A stretch of 38,962 bases of DNA. Source: a virus. Lineage: Duplodnaviria > Heunggongvirae > Uroviricota > Caudoviricetes. The position numbers were made by a program, and so were the translations under genes. This document shows positions 1 to 8,211 of the stretch, in pieces. The stretch lies in IMG/VR virus record IMGVR_UViG_2703718778_000007, positions 1-38,962 of that record; one strand, 5' to 3'. The notes beneath the pieces were generated by a model that had not been told where the DNA came from, searched no databases, and saw only the letters and a program-made list of their open reading frames with translations. The stretch's first letter is position 1. Each line of letters starts with the position of its first letter.

Positions 1-1248
1 ATGGCACTGAATATTCCATTCAGAAATGCGTACTATCGTTTTGCATCCAGTTACTCATTTCTCTTTTTTATTTCCTGGTCGCTGTGGTGGTCGTTATACG
101 CTATTTGGCTGAAAGGACATCTAGGGTTGACAGGGACGGAATTAGGTACACTTTATTCGGTCAACCAGTTTACCAGCATTCTATTTATGATGTTCTACGG
201 CATCGTTCAGGATAAACTCGGTCTGAAGAAACCGCTCATCTGGTGTATGAGTTTCATCCTGGTCTTGACCGGACCGTTTATGATTTACGTTTATGAACCG
301 TTACTGCAAAGCAATTTTTCTGTAGGTCTAATTCTGGGGGCGCTATTTTTTGGCTTGGGGTATCTGGCGGGATGCGGTTTGCTTGATAGCTTCACCGAAA
401 AAATGGCGCGAAATTTTCATTTCGAATATGGAACAGCGCGCGCCTGGGGATCTTTTGGCTATGCTATTGGCGCGTTCTTTGCCGGCATATTTTTTAGTAT
501 CAGTCCCCATATCAACTTCTGGTTGGTCTCGCTATTTGGCGCTGTATTTATGATGATCAACATGCGTTTTAAAGATAAGGATCACCAGTGCGTAGCGGCA
601 GATGCGGGAGGGGTAAAAAAAGAGGATTTTATCGCAGTTTTCAAGGATCGAAACTTCTGGGTTTTCGTCATATTTATTGTGGGGACGTGGTCTTTCTATA
701 ACATTTTTGATCAACAACTTTTTCCTGTCTTTTATTCAGGTTTATTCGAATCACACGATGTAGGAACGCGCCTGTATGGTTATCTCAACTCATTCCAGGT
801 GGTACTCGAAGCGCTGTGCATGGCGATTATTCCTTTCTTTGTGAATCGGGTAGGGCCAAAAAATGCATTACTTATCGGAGTTGTGATTATGGCGTTGCGT
901 ATCCTTTCCTGCGCGCTGTTCGTTAACCCCTGGATTATTTCATTAGTGAAGTTGTTACATGCCATTGAGGTTCCACTTTGTGTCATATCCGTCTTCAAAT
1001 ACAGCGTGGCAAACTTTGATAAGCGCCTGTCGTCGACGATCTTTCTGATTGGTTTTCAAATTGCCAGTTCGCTTGGGATTGTGCTGCTTTCAACGCCGAC
1101 TGGGATACTCTTTGACCACGCAGGCTACCAAACAGTTTTCTTCGCAATTTCGGGTATTGTCTGCCTGATGTTGCTATTTGGCATTTTCTTCTTGAGTAAA
1201 AAACGCGAGCAAATAGTTATGGAAACGCCTGTACCTTCAGCAATATAG
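1..1248 (+). CDS. cscB: Sucrose:H+ symporter (MFS, oligosaccharide:H+ symporter/LacY family)
   Basis: 415-aa ORF, 12-TM-like hydrophobic profile; N-terminus MALNIPFRNAYYRFASSYSFLFF... matches CscB as I remember it; csc locus is known to sit next to argW. Confidence 0.85.
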   Translation: MALNIPFRNAYYRFASSYSFLFFISWSLWWSLYAIWLKGHLGLTGTELGTLYSVNQFTSILFMMFYGIVQDKLGLKKPLIWCMSFILVLTGPFMIYVYEPLLQSNFSVGLILGALFFGLGYLAGCGLLDSFTEKMARNFHFEYGTARAWGSFGYAIGAFFAGIFFSISPHINFWLVSLFGAVFMMINMRFKDKDHQCVAADAGGVKKEDFIAVFKDRNFWVFVIFIVGTWSFYNIFDQQLFPVFYSGLFESHDVGTRLYGYLNSFQVVLEALCMAIIPFFVNRVGPKNALLIGVVIMALRILSCALFVNPWIISLVKLLHAIEVPLCVISVFKYSVANFDKRLSSTIFLIGFQIASSLGIVLLSTPTGILFDHAGYQTVFFAISGIVCLMLLFGIFFLSKKREQIVMETPVPSAI

Positions 1249-1689
1249 ACGTAAACTTTTTCCGGTTGTTGTCGATAGCTCTATATCCCTCAACCGGAAA
1301 ATAATAATAGTAAAATGCTTAGCCCTGCTAATAATCGCCTAATCCAAACGCCTCATTCATGTTCTGGTACAGTCGCTCAAATGTACTTCAGATGCGCGGT
1401 TCGCTGATTTCCAGGACATTGTCGTCATTCAGTGACCTGTCCCGTGTATCACGGTCCTGCGAATTCATCAAGGAATGCATTGCGGAGTGAAGTATCGAGT
1501 CACGCCATATTTCGCTATCAGGATTCTGTGTGATGGTTACATCGCCCGGCTCAGGGCTGTTTAGTCATCAGCGCTTTCTGACAGTGCTGAGATTTCAACC
1601 TGTTGCAGTAAAAATGAGTAGATATAAGGCAAGTGTGCTGCCAAACCCATCTTTTACGGGGTGAAGGTAGATTTCGTTTGAAGGGTATC

Positions 1690-1704
1690 TGGTGTCCCCT
1701 GCAG
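1690..1704 (-). other. Putative attR core (reverse complement of tRNA-Arg argW 3' end CTGCAGGGGACACCA)
   Basis: TGGTGTCCCCTGCAG present about 75 bp from the excisionase gene; argW 3' end recalled from memory. Confidence 0.5.
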
Positions 1705-1777
1705 ACATCTACTTGAAGCGGCAGGGGATTGATTGGAATGGTGTTTTTTAGATGTGAAAAATATTTTACCCGCTATT

Positions 1778-1978
1778 TTACCCATTGGCGCGGCTTAAGA
1801 GCTTATTTTTGAATTCACAATGGTCACGATATAACCATCTTGCTCGTCCGTGGATAACTTTGGCTTTAGGCAGGTCGCCGGACTTAATCCGGTCATAGAT
1901 GAAGGTCTTACCGAAGCCAGTATCAGCCATGATGAATTTCAAATCAACCAGTGAATCAGGTTGTAGTTCGTGTTGCAT
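1778..1978 (-). CDS. torI: Excisionase / recombination directionality factor (TorI/AlpA-like winged helix)
   Basis: 66-aa ORF MQHELQPDSLVDLKFIMADTGFGKTFIYDRIKSGDLPKAKVIHGRARW...; position next to att at the end opposite the integrase. Confidence 0.7.
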   Translation of the reverse strand: MQHELQPDSLVDLKFIMADTGFGKTFIYDRIKSGDLPKAKVIHGRARWLYRDHCEFKNKLLSRANG

Positions 1979-2100
1979 GAGTGCTATCTCCGAATATGGA
2001 ATCGAACCTGCAAATCAGGCAATAAAAAGCCGCATTGATGCAGCAATGGTAGGTCTGGATATCTTGAGAAATGAACAGGCCTCATCGAGTGTGAGGCGGG

Positions 2101-2445
2101 TTAGTCCTTGCGTAGCTCGCTGATTCTTCTGTAAGTCTCTGGTGCTTTGTTCCCGTACGTCTTCATTTCAGACTTCAACAGAGCAACGAGTGAATCCCAT
2201 TCGTTGAGGATTCCTTTGAATGCCGGAACGCGCTTTGCAACCTTGTCGAATGAATCTCTGATTTCTGGAATCTGCTCAACAAGTGCAACGCATCGCCGAA
2301 AGTCTGCTGCGTCATGGGGAGCGCCGAAGTGATGACCATAGATATTCTTTTTCAGGCCACATGCGATTGAGGCAAGAGTTGCGCTACTGATGCCGACATC
2401 GCCAGTTGATTGCCATTTCAAAACCTTCATAGCCAAATCTGACAT
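2101..2445 (-). CDS. Hypothetical phage protein (114 aa)
   Basis: ORF with RBS GGAGACAAG before ATG; starts immediately downstream of a terminator, so expression probably needs read-through. Confidence 0.5.
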   Translation of the reverse strand: MSDLAMKVLKWQSTGDVGISSATLASIACGLKKNIYGHHFGAPHDAADFRRCVALVEQIPEIRDSFDKVAKRVPAFKGILNEWDSLVALLKSEMKTYGNKAPETYRRISELRKD

Positions 2446-2459
2446 TTCTTGTCTCCAAT

Positions 2460-2482
2460 AAAAAAAACCGCCATCAGGCGGC
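2460..2482 (-). terminator. Rho-independent terminator (leftward transcription)
   Basis: Minus strand reads GCCGCC-TGAT-GGCGG followed by 8 T; perfect GC stem. Confidence 0.65.
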
Positions 2483-2641
2483 TTGGTGTTCTTTCAGTTC
2501 TTCAATTCGAATATTGGTTACGTCTGCATGCGCTATCTGCGCCCATATCATCCAGTGGTTATAGCAGTCGTTGATGTCCTCTGCTTCGATAACCCTGTCG
2601 AATGGCTCTCCATTCCATTCACCTGTGACTCGGAAGTGCAT
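2474..2641 (-). CDS. Small hypothetical protein (55 aa) whose stop codon lies in the terminator stem
   Basis: Translated by hand: MHFRVTGEWNGEPFDRVIEAEDINDCYNHWMIWAQIAHADVTNIRIEELKEHQAA; RBS GGAG 7 nt upstream; below the ORF-track length cutoff. Confidence 0.4.
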   Translation of the reverse strand: MHFRVTGEWNGEPFDRVIEAEDINDCYNHWMIWAQIAHADVTNIRIEELKEHQAA

Positions 2642-2741
2642 TTATCATCTCCATAAAACAAAACCCGCCGTAGCGAGTTCAGATAAAAGAAATCCCCGCG
2701 AGTGCGAGGATTGTTATTCACCTTTAACGGCAAGTTGCAGG

Positions 2742-3374
2742 TTAGCCACGGTTTACCTCCTGCGGCGGTTCCGGTAGCGGCATCCAGTGAGTTGCTTGCT
2801 CAATACCATTACCCGGCTTAATCGTTGCATCTCCGCGCCGAAAGGTGCTTCCGGTATAGCGTGCGGAGCATATTAGCGGTTCAACCAGAGAGCTATCGAA
2901 ATTCACCGAAATAAGCACGTTCTGGCCCTTTTCAGGCATTCGCTCACTACAGCTTATCCAACCATCCTTAATGCAATTACCTTGACTCTGAAGCATAGCG
3001 GCACGACAGGCGTTCCAGCCAGCTGTTCGCCCAAGCGCGTAAACTTCAGATGGCTCAAGATAATCAATGTCATTCCCGTCCTCATCGTCGTTCTCAGGTA
3101 ATGCAGCAGGTACTACCGGTACTGGCGGGGCGGCATAAACAGGAATAACGTCCGCTTGCTCTTTATTGCTTTCATCCGTTAAAGCCCAGAATAATTTCCC
3201 GGCCGGATGTTTGAAAATATAAGCAACTGGTTTTACTTCCAGCGATGCCAGCTCCAACTTGAACGCCTGAAGCTCAATGGCACTGTTGGTATCCAGTCCA
3301 AACGGTAATTCATCACGATTGGCTTCGTATTCAGCGATAGTTTGCTTCAGCCATTCTTTGGTTAGTTCAGCCAT
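2742..3374 (-). CDS. Phage protein with C-terminal DUF551-like domain
   Basis: Internal ATG at 3374 preceded by AAGGGGAA, 4 nt after upstream stop; C-terminal motif W..HWMPLPEPP typical of DUF551. Confidence 0.6.
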   Translation of the reverse strand: MAELTKEWLKQTIAEYEANRDELPFGLDTNSAIELQAFKLELASLEVKPVAYIFKHPAGKLFWALTDESNKEQADVIPVYAAPPVPVVPAALPENDDEDGNDIDYLEPSEVYALGRTAGWNACRAAMLQSQGNCIKDGWISCSERMPEKGQNVLISVNFDSSLVEPLICSARYTGSTFRRGDATIKPGNGIEQATHWMPLPEPPQEVNRG

Positions 3375-3378
3375 ATCC

Positions 3379-4104
3379 CTAATTCCCCTTGATGCTGACT
3401 TTGACGCCAACCTTGCGAATCTCATCGGCGCATCTGTTCACGATACTCCGGTGAAACTCACAAAAAATTTTCGCCGACTGCGGCCCTAATGGGTGAACAT
3501 CGTGCGCACGCGGCAGTACAACCTCCCGTGCTTCCAGTTCTGCAATGCGCTTCTCTGCGGCTTCCAGCTTCTCGCGCATATCGTCAACGTACTCGACCAG
3601 AGATCCGCCAGCAGGGATTTCGCACTCCTCGACCAGTTGGAAGTAGATATCAGCTGCGGCCCGTGTGTTGCTATGCCTAGCGTCGCCCATCTCACCTTCA
3701 CGAAGAGCATCGCGTTCGGCGGTAAGATTGGCTATTTTGCTGTCTTTGCCTTCCAGCTCAACGCGCAGCTTCCCTACCGTTAGCGCAATATCCTCGTTCT
3801 CCTGGTCACGGCGTTTGATGTATTGCTGGTTTCTTTCCAGTTCATCCAGTAATGCCAGCACGGTAGCCGGATTGGCTGCGGCGATGAATTCAGCATTGGC
3901 CTGCTGTTCCATTTGGAAATCTTCATCGAAACCGCTTTCAGGATGCGCTCCTTCAATTCTGCAAATGGGAAGATATCCAACAACTTCACGATGAATTAGC
4001 GCATCACCAGCATCAAATCTCTCCTCTCCATATTCGAGCGACCACACGCCACACGTTGCTTTCTCTGCCTTTTCACGCAGTGCCTGATAGTTAATTTTGG
4101 TCAT
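3379..4104 (-). CDS. Ea22-like early protein (coiled-coil)
   Basis: 241 aa, acidic coiled-coil centre, resembles lambda Ea22 family proteins. Confidence 0.55.
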   Translation of the reverse strand: MTKINYQALREKAEKATCGVWSLEYGEERFDAGDALIHREVVGYLPICRIEGAHPESGFDEDFQMEQQANAEFIAAANPATVLALLDELERNQQYIKRRDQENEDIALTVGKLRVELEGKDSKIANLTAERDALREGEMGDARHSNTRAAADIYFQLVEECEIPAGGSLVEYVDDMREKLEAAEKRIAELEAREVVLPRAHDVHPLGPQSAKIFCEFHRSIVNRCADEIRKVGVKVSIKGN

Positions 4105-4105
4105 A

Positions 4106-4405
4106 TCACATCACCCTGAAGCCGTTGCATTTACGTAAGAAATCGCAGATATAGCCCTTCATTTTTTCATGCCAATCTCGATCATTCCCATTGCACCAAC
4201 CATCAGGTGGAGTCCAGTTTTCTATCAGAGCAGCCATTTTCTTTGCTTTCGCCGGAGTAGCTGTTGCGGTATCGCAGTAATGACGAGTGTCAACCAACGC
4301 ATCCATACCATCGATATCAAGTACGCAAAACCATGTGTGATTCGGAATTCCTACAGGTGGTATTTGTTGCCCACGTCGACGTTTATCAATAAGATATACA
4401 CTCAC
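4106..4405 (-). CDS. Hypothetical Cys-containing protein (about 99 aa, GTG start after AAGGAGG)
   Basis: Perfect RBS AAGGAGG 6 nt before GTG at 4405; ORF-track start at 4426 is also GTG. Confidence 0.45.
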   Translation of the reverse strand: MSVYLIDKRRRGQQIPPVGIPNHTWFCVLDIDGMDALVDTRHYCDTATATPAKAKKMAALIENWTPPDGWCNGNDRDWHEKMKGYICDFLRKCNGFRVM

Positions 4406-4587
4406 TGGTTGCCTCCTTTGCGCCACATCGCATTCAGATATTTGTTTTGATTCACTGATGGAAAAGAATTTCTCTTAAGTGATTCCTCTCTCGATGGCAT
4501 TGGCTTTACGCGTTGGCGAATAATCATTTCTGCCGGAAGAATGCCGGGATTGTATGCAAGTCCTCTCATGGTAAATTCCTCAGTCAT
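4402..4587 (-). CDS. Hypothetical small protein (about 61 aa)
   Basis: Internal ATG at 4587 just after stop of the upstream ORF; longer ORF-track version overlaps the neighbour. Confidence 0.3.
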   Translation of the reverse strand: MTEEFTMRGLAYNPGILPAEMIIRQRVKPMPSREESLKRNSFPSVNQNKYLNAMWRKGGNQ

Positions 4588-4876
4588 TACTGATGGCGCC
4601 ATAGCGTGAGCGGTAATTACGCAGGCGCGGGTCGATATATTCAGGGAAGTGGGTATATGTGGCTTTGCGGAATGGTCGGATTGATGTCTGGTAAATTCTC
4701 TCGCGTTCTTCTTTCTCTGCAAGCCATATACAATGGCGAAATTCCTTTTCCTCTTTCGTTTCCTGCGGTAGAGACATTATCCGGTCGTAGTTTTTCCTGA
4801 ATTTATCCAGCACCTCCGATACGGAATTGCCGGAACAGCGGCGCGGGTCATCCGCACCATACAGAGGCGCTGGCAT
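4580..4876 (-). CDS. Hypothetical phage protein (98 aa)
   Basis: Intact ORF in the early-left operon, no recognised family. Confidence 0.45.
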   Translation of the reverse strand: MPAPLYGADDPRRCSGNSVSEVLDKFRKNYDRIMSLPQETKEEKEFRHCIWLAEKEERERIYQTSIRPFRKATYTHFPEYIDPRLRNYRSRYGAISND

Positions 4877-4899
4877 AATTAAATCCTTATTTTTCTGAA

Positions 4900-5283
4900 T
4901 CAGAATGGGATGGAATCGTCGTATACAGGAGTGTTCTGCTGGTTACTACTTTGCTGCTGCGGGCCATTTCCTGAAGCTGCAAATCCAATCTTTGCATTCA
5001 GTAATTCAAGAGTGATTGATTGACCATTTTGCCCCTGATAAACATCAACCCTGATGTTTTCTCCGGTAATTTCAACAATGCCACCTTCAACAAGAACACT
5101 ACGGTAGTAATCCACTTGCGCTCCCGGCTTGGCAAATACAACGGCGCTGTAGTTTGTCCATTCTTTCTTTTTTGTCTGGCGATCGTAATACTGAACGCCA
5201 GCACGGATGTTGAATCCGATATTTTCCCCGGCCTGAAACTCTCTTGCGGGCTTGTTTAGTCTTACAGTAATCGAATGTGCCAT
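4900..5283 (-). CDS. Single-stranded DNA-binding protein (phage SSB)
   Basis: Start at internal ATG 5283 (overlaps erf stop); Gln/Gly-rich linker and C-terminal DDSIPF tail, the canonical SSB acidic tip. Confidence 0.7.
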   Translation of the reverse strand: MAHSITVRLNKPAREFQAGENIGFNIRAGVQYYDRQTKKKEWTNYSAVVFAKPGAQVDYYRSVLVEGGIVEITGENIRVDVYQGQNGQSITLELLNAKIGFAASGNGPQQQSSNQQNTPVYDDSIPF

Positions 5284-5888
5284 TAAGCTGCCGCTCCTTC
5301 TAATTCGCCTCGTCTGATGTTGTAAACGTCCTGCGCTTTGTGCTGCTCCGGTGTGCCTTCGAGCATCTTCCACGCTTTGGCGAACGCCTGTTTAAGCTCT
5401 TCTACGGTGTTTTTCTGCATTGCTGCGTCAGTGAATGCTTTTAGAACCTGTTCAGATGTAGGTGATGGTTTTGATTGCTTTGCTGCTGCGTTCTGCTGAT
5501 GTTTATGCTCGTCTGTATCTGCATCTTTCGCATCATCAATGCCGAACAAACCATTGAGGCAATACTTGCGTGCATAAGAGCTTGTAGCTCCCGTAACTTG
5601 TGCAGAATCCATTCCTTTCTTGCTTTCTTCCTCTCGTGCTAGTGCGGTTGCCGTATGACTGTTTTCGCCATCGGTAATAGTTGCCGTTGCTTTCACGTAA
5701 TACCGATCACCAATCAACACAACTTCATCGCTGATTGATAAAAACAGGCCATTCAGTAACGGCTTAACTCCTTCAAGAATGTCTTCGCAGCTTCTGTATT
5801 TATATTTACCGAATGAGTTGTACTGATTCTTTGGCGCGTTCAAGTTCTCCTGAATAGCTGCCAGTCTTGCGTAAAATTCTTTGCTCAT
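5283..5888 (-). CDS. erf: Erf-family single-strand annealing recombinase
   Basis: First ATG at 5888; resembles P22 Erf-type proteins; paired with SSB as in P22-like recombination modules. Confidence 0.65.
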   Translation of the reverse strand: MSKEFYARLAAIQENLNAPKNQYNSFGKYKYRSCEDILEGVKPLLNGLFLSISDEVVLIGDRYYVKATATITDGENSHTATALAREEESKKGMDSAQVTGATSSYARKYCLNGLFGIDDAKDADTDEHKHQQNAAAKQSKPSPTSEQVLKAFTDAAMQKNTVEELKQAFAKAWKMLEGTPEQHKAQDVYNIRRGELEGAAA

Positions 5889-5977
5889 ATGTTTGTTCTC
5901 AGAATGGGCATGGCCCAAGGAAATAACGCTGATTTAATACTTCAGTCTTTGCCGCATTCAAAAATACGCGAACACCT

Positions 5978-6148
5978 TCACGATCTCCCTTCTGGCGATA
6001 CATTAACGCCTGCTGCGTGTACATGCGTCTCTGTAACTTGCTCTCCTTCACTGTGGTTGCAAGTGACATGAATATCTCCTTCGTTACCGATTAATTCTTT
6101 CATCTGACGAATGAATTCTTCGTCTGACCAGTTATCTGTAAAACTCAT
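5978..6148 (-). CDS. Hypothetical small acidic protein (about 56 aa)
   Basis: ATG at 6148 overlaps the Kil-like stop (ATGA). Confidence 0.3.
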   Translation of the reverse strand: MSFTDNWSDEEFIRQMKELIGNEGDIHVTCNHSEGEQVTETHVHAAGVNVSPEGRS

Positions 6149-6297
6149 TTCCTGCGATACCACGGAAGGTTGATAGCTGATTTCATCTCTTTATTTGCTT
6201 CAAGCCACATTTTTGAATCACCAATAAATCTGGCTATTACTGCTTTGTTTTGTGCCGCACGAAGCATCTGGTGATTGATGGCTATTTCATTGCGCAT
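6145..6297 (-). CDS. kil: Kil-like host cell division inhibitor (50 aa)
   Basis: Hand-translated MRNEIAINHQMLRAAQNKAVIARFIGDSKMWLEANKEMK...; the IARFIGDSKMW segment resembles lambda Kil IATFIGDEKMF; RBS GGAGG. Confidence 0.45.
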   Translation of the reverse strand: MRNEIAINHQMLRAAQNKAVIARFIGDSKMWLEANKEMKSAINLPWYRRK

Positions 6298-6416
6298 AAC
6301 GCCTCCAGTTGTTTCTTTGCTGCTCTGATTAATTGTTTAACTCGGCGTGATAATTCAGATTCGTGCGGGTAGAAAGCGGACATGACGCCGCTACCCGCGA
6401 GCTGAAAGTGCATCAT
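6282..6416 (-). CDS. cIII: CIII-like FtsH inhibitor (44 aa)
   Basis: Hand-translated MMHFQLAGSGVMSAFYPHESELSRRVKQLIRAAKKQLEAL...; resembles lambda CIII core PSESLLERITRKLR; RBS AAGGAG. Confidence 0.5.
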   Translation of the reverse strand: MMHFQLAGSGVMSAFYPHESELSRRVKQLIRAAKKQLEALCAMK

Positions 6417-6482
6417 GGGTAACTCCTTATATTTGATTGCATAACGAAAACGCCTCGAGTGAAGCGTTATTGGTATGCATAT

Positions 6483-6506
6483 AAAAAGGCCCTCACACTG
6501 GAGGGC
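6483..6506 (-). terminator. Rho-independent terminator (leftward), tL-like
   Basis: Minus strand GCCCTC-loop-GAGGGC followed by T-run (A-run 6483-6487 on plus). Confidence 0.55.
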
Positions 6507-6610
6507 AAAGAAGATTTACAATAATCAGAACAAGTCGGCTCCTGTTTAGTTACGAGCGACATTGCTCCGTGTATTCACTCGTTGGAATGAATACACAGTG
6601 CTTATTTGTA

Positions 6611-7081
6611 CTAATAAAATACCCAATTTTCTGTTTCTTGGTTGTGTCCAAAGTTATATTCAATATCTGGTGTTGATGTATCAATATTCTTCATCCCATC
6701 AACAAGAGTTGATACAACAGCCAAATCTTGTTTGATTCTCATTAAATGGTACTTCTTCCGGCGCAATAAACTTTCAATGGCAAGTTTCTTCGTTGGGAAT
6801 GCAAAAGATCTTTCTGCATTTTTTGCTACTTTCTTAATTGCATATCTATTTCTCCTTTGTTTCCATTCCTGTAACCACTGATTTGGTGCTGGTTTAAAAT
6901 TAACAATCCAATGCGCAGGAACCAACCATGCATAATGCTCTGTCTGATGAAAAGCTATATATTGAAGTGCGAATATTTTTATCCCATCTTCTTCAACTGT
7001 CGCCTGGAATCTCCAGAAAACAGGCATTCCATCATGTTCAGTTTCTGATTCAGGAAAAGGTACGCTCCATGATTTTGTCAT
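6611..7081 (-). CDS. Hypothetical AT-rich moron protein (156 aa) directly downstream of N
   Basis: Intact ORF; segment 6600-7090 is clearly more AT-rich than flanking phage DNA; followed by a 9-bp-stem hairpin at 6570-6597. Confidence 0.55.
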   Translation of the reverse strand: MTKSWSVPFPESETEHDGMPVFWRFQATVEEDGIKIFALQYIAFHQTEHYAWLVPAHWIVNFKPAPNQWLQEWKQRRNRYAIKKVAKNAERSFAFPTKKLAIESLLRRKKYHLMRIKQDLAVVSTLVDGMKNIDTSTPDIEYNFGHNQETENWVFY

Positions 7082-7089
7082 ATCTCACC

Positions 7090-7389
7090 TCAAATAAGTG
7101 GTTTGCTGCCTAATTTCATTTTCTGGCGACCAACACAAGTCACACCCATTTCACTGCGTGGCTTGCGGTAGTAAATACGGTTCTGTTTACGCTCGACTTC
7201 TTCTGCCTTCTTGCAGCGAAGGCTTCCGAGTGATGCTGCTTTATCTGCTCTGACGCAACCAGAGAGCTTTAGCGCAATTTTTCGTGCCAATCGCTGTTCT
7301 TGCATTGCCTGTTCACGTTGAGCCTGTCTGCGTGCTCTGCGGCGATTTCTGGCGTTATCGTCAGCCAGATATGTAATGACTACTGTCAT
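7090..7389 (-). CDS. N: Antitermination protein N (lambda-type)
   Basis: Arg-rich motif NARNRRRARRQAQREQ near N-terminus; C-terminus RIYYRKPRSEMGVTCVGRQKMKLGSKPLI aligns with lambda N C-terminus; RBS GAGGT. Confidence 0.75.
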   Translation of the reverse strand: MTVVITYLADDNARNRRRARRQAQREQAMQEQRLARKIALKLSGCVRADKAASLGSLRCKKAEEVERKQNRIYYRKPRSEMGVTCVGRQKMKLGSKPLI

Positions 7390-7445
7390 GTTGACCTCAG
7401 ATGAAACAACTTTGGAATTGATAGTGATTGCAAAGTGGTTTCTGG

Positions 7446-7464
7446 CCCCTCGAACTGAGGGGCA
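7446..7464 (-). promoter_or_regulatory. Stable hairpin in the N leader (possible RNase III/translation control element)
   Basis: GCCCCTC-AGTTC-GAGGGGC, 7-bp GC stem about 55 nt upstream of the N start. Confidence 0.3.
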
Positions 7465-7949
7465 GAAAGAGCATCTCGCCACCTAATAGGTCGATGCTCG
7501 GATCGAGAGATTTAATTAACCTCGGTTTTGAAGTTATGCATTCACATAAATCCTCCTGTTGCATGTGCAGCATTGGCTGTGTTTGGCGGCTGCATTTCGC
7601 CTATGGAATTGACTTTGGCGGTGACGCGCCGGGTGCTTATCTTCCGGTTGCCGTCGTGCAGCTGCACTTCACGTCACCCCAAAGCCAACTACTCTTTGAC
7701 TCACACTCTCGCAGTGAGCGCGCCCATGCCATTGAGTCTCTGCCGCTTCATCGCCGCTGATAACCGGTGCGCGTCTGGCATTCGCGCTGCTTTACCGGAG
7801 CTACTTTTAATATATTGACCTTAACCCGATGCTAAGCAGGCTCGCTCAATGACGACTCAGGGCAGTATCATTACTGCTGCATTGCCTTTCGGCTGCGGTC
7901 TAACCGCGTTAGTGCACCATTACGGCACCTCCTGTTTGGTTAAACTCAG

Positions 7950-7991
7950 TTCCCGCATTTCGGCGGGACAATCCCATCAATGTTAAAGAGC
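7950..7991 (-). promoter_or_regulatory. nutL (boxA GGCTCTTTAACA + boxB hairpin)
   Basis: Minus strand carries the same boxB TCCCGCCGAAATGCGGGAA found at nutR, preceded by a boxA-like element. Confidence 0.6.
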
Positions 7992-8039
7992 CTGCCAATC
8001 TGTTCCGTTTGGCTACCAGCGTCCTGCTGATGGCTAAAG

Positions 8040-8079
8040 AATACTGTAGGTATTTTATTGTGTAAATACCCAAGGTATT
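8040..8079. promoter_or_regulatory. oL operators and pL promoter
   Basis: Two 15-bp palindromes AATACTGTAGGTATT (8040-8054) and AATACCCAAGGTATT (8065-8079), 25 bp apart, matching the oR sites; leftward TTTACA-17-TATTCT overlaps them. Confidence 0.5.
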
Positions 8080-8211
8080 TATTTTTGATGAAATAATGAT
8101 AAGCAAATGAATACAAAGGATATTTATTTTTTTCGGTGTCTGCTTGTTCAGTGCTTTTTATGCGGGATATGTGAAGTGGATCCCGATAGCTATTGCTGCC
8201 GGGATTATAGG

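Noticed and set aside
1261-1296. Inverted repeat CCGGTTG...CAACCGG downstream of cscB as a terminator
   Set aside because: 22-nt loop and followed by A-run rather than T-run on the cscB strand; not a convincing intrinsic terminator.
7446-7464. Hairpin upstream of N initially considered as the nutL boxB
   Set aside because: The real nut sites are defined by an identical boxB on both sides (7950-7968 and 9647-9666) with boxA elements; this hairpin lacks boxA and differs in sequence.
7428-7818. Plus-strand ORFs of 110 and 96 aa in the pL leader region
   Set aside because: Antisense to pL transcription, no RBS, Cys/Arg-rich low-complexity translation typical of a GC-rich non-coding frame; treated as non-coding leader.
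7909-8106. 65-aa minus-strand ORF overlapping the oL operators
   Set aside because: Begins inside the operator/promoter region, low-complexity sequence, no RBS; likely spurious.
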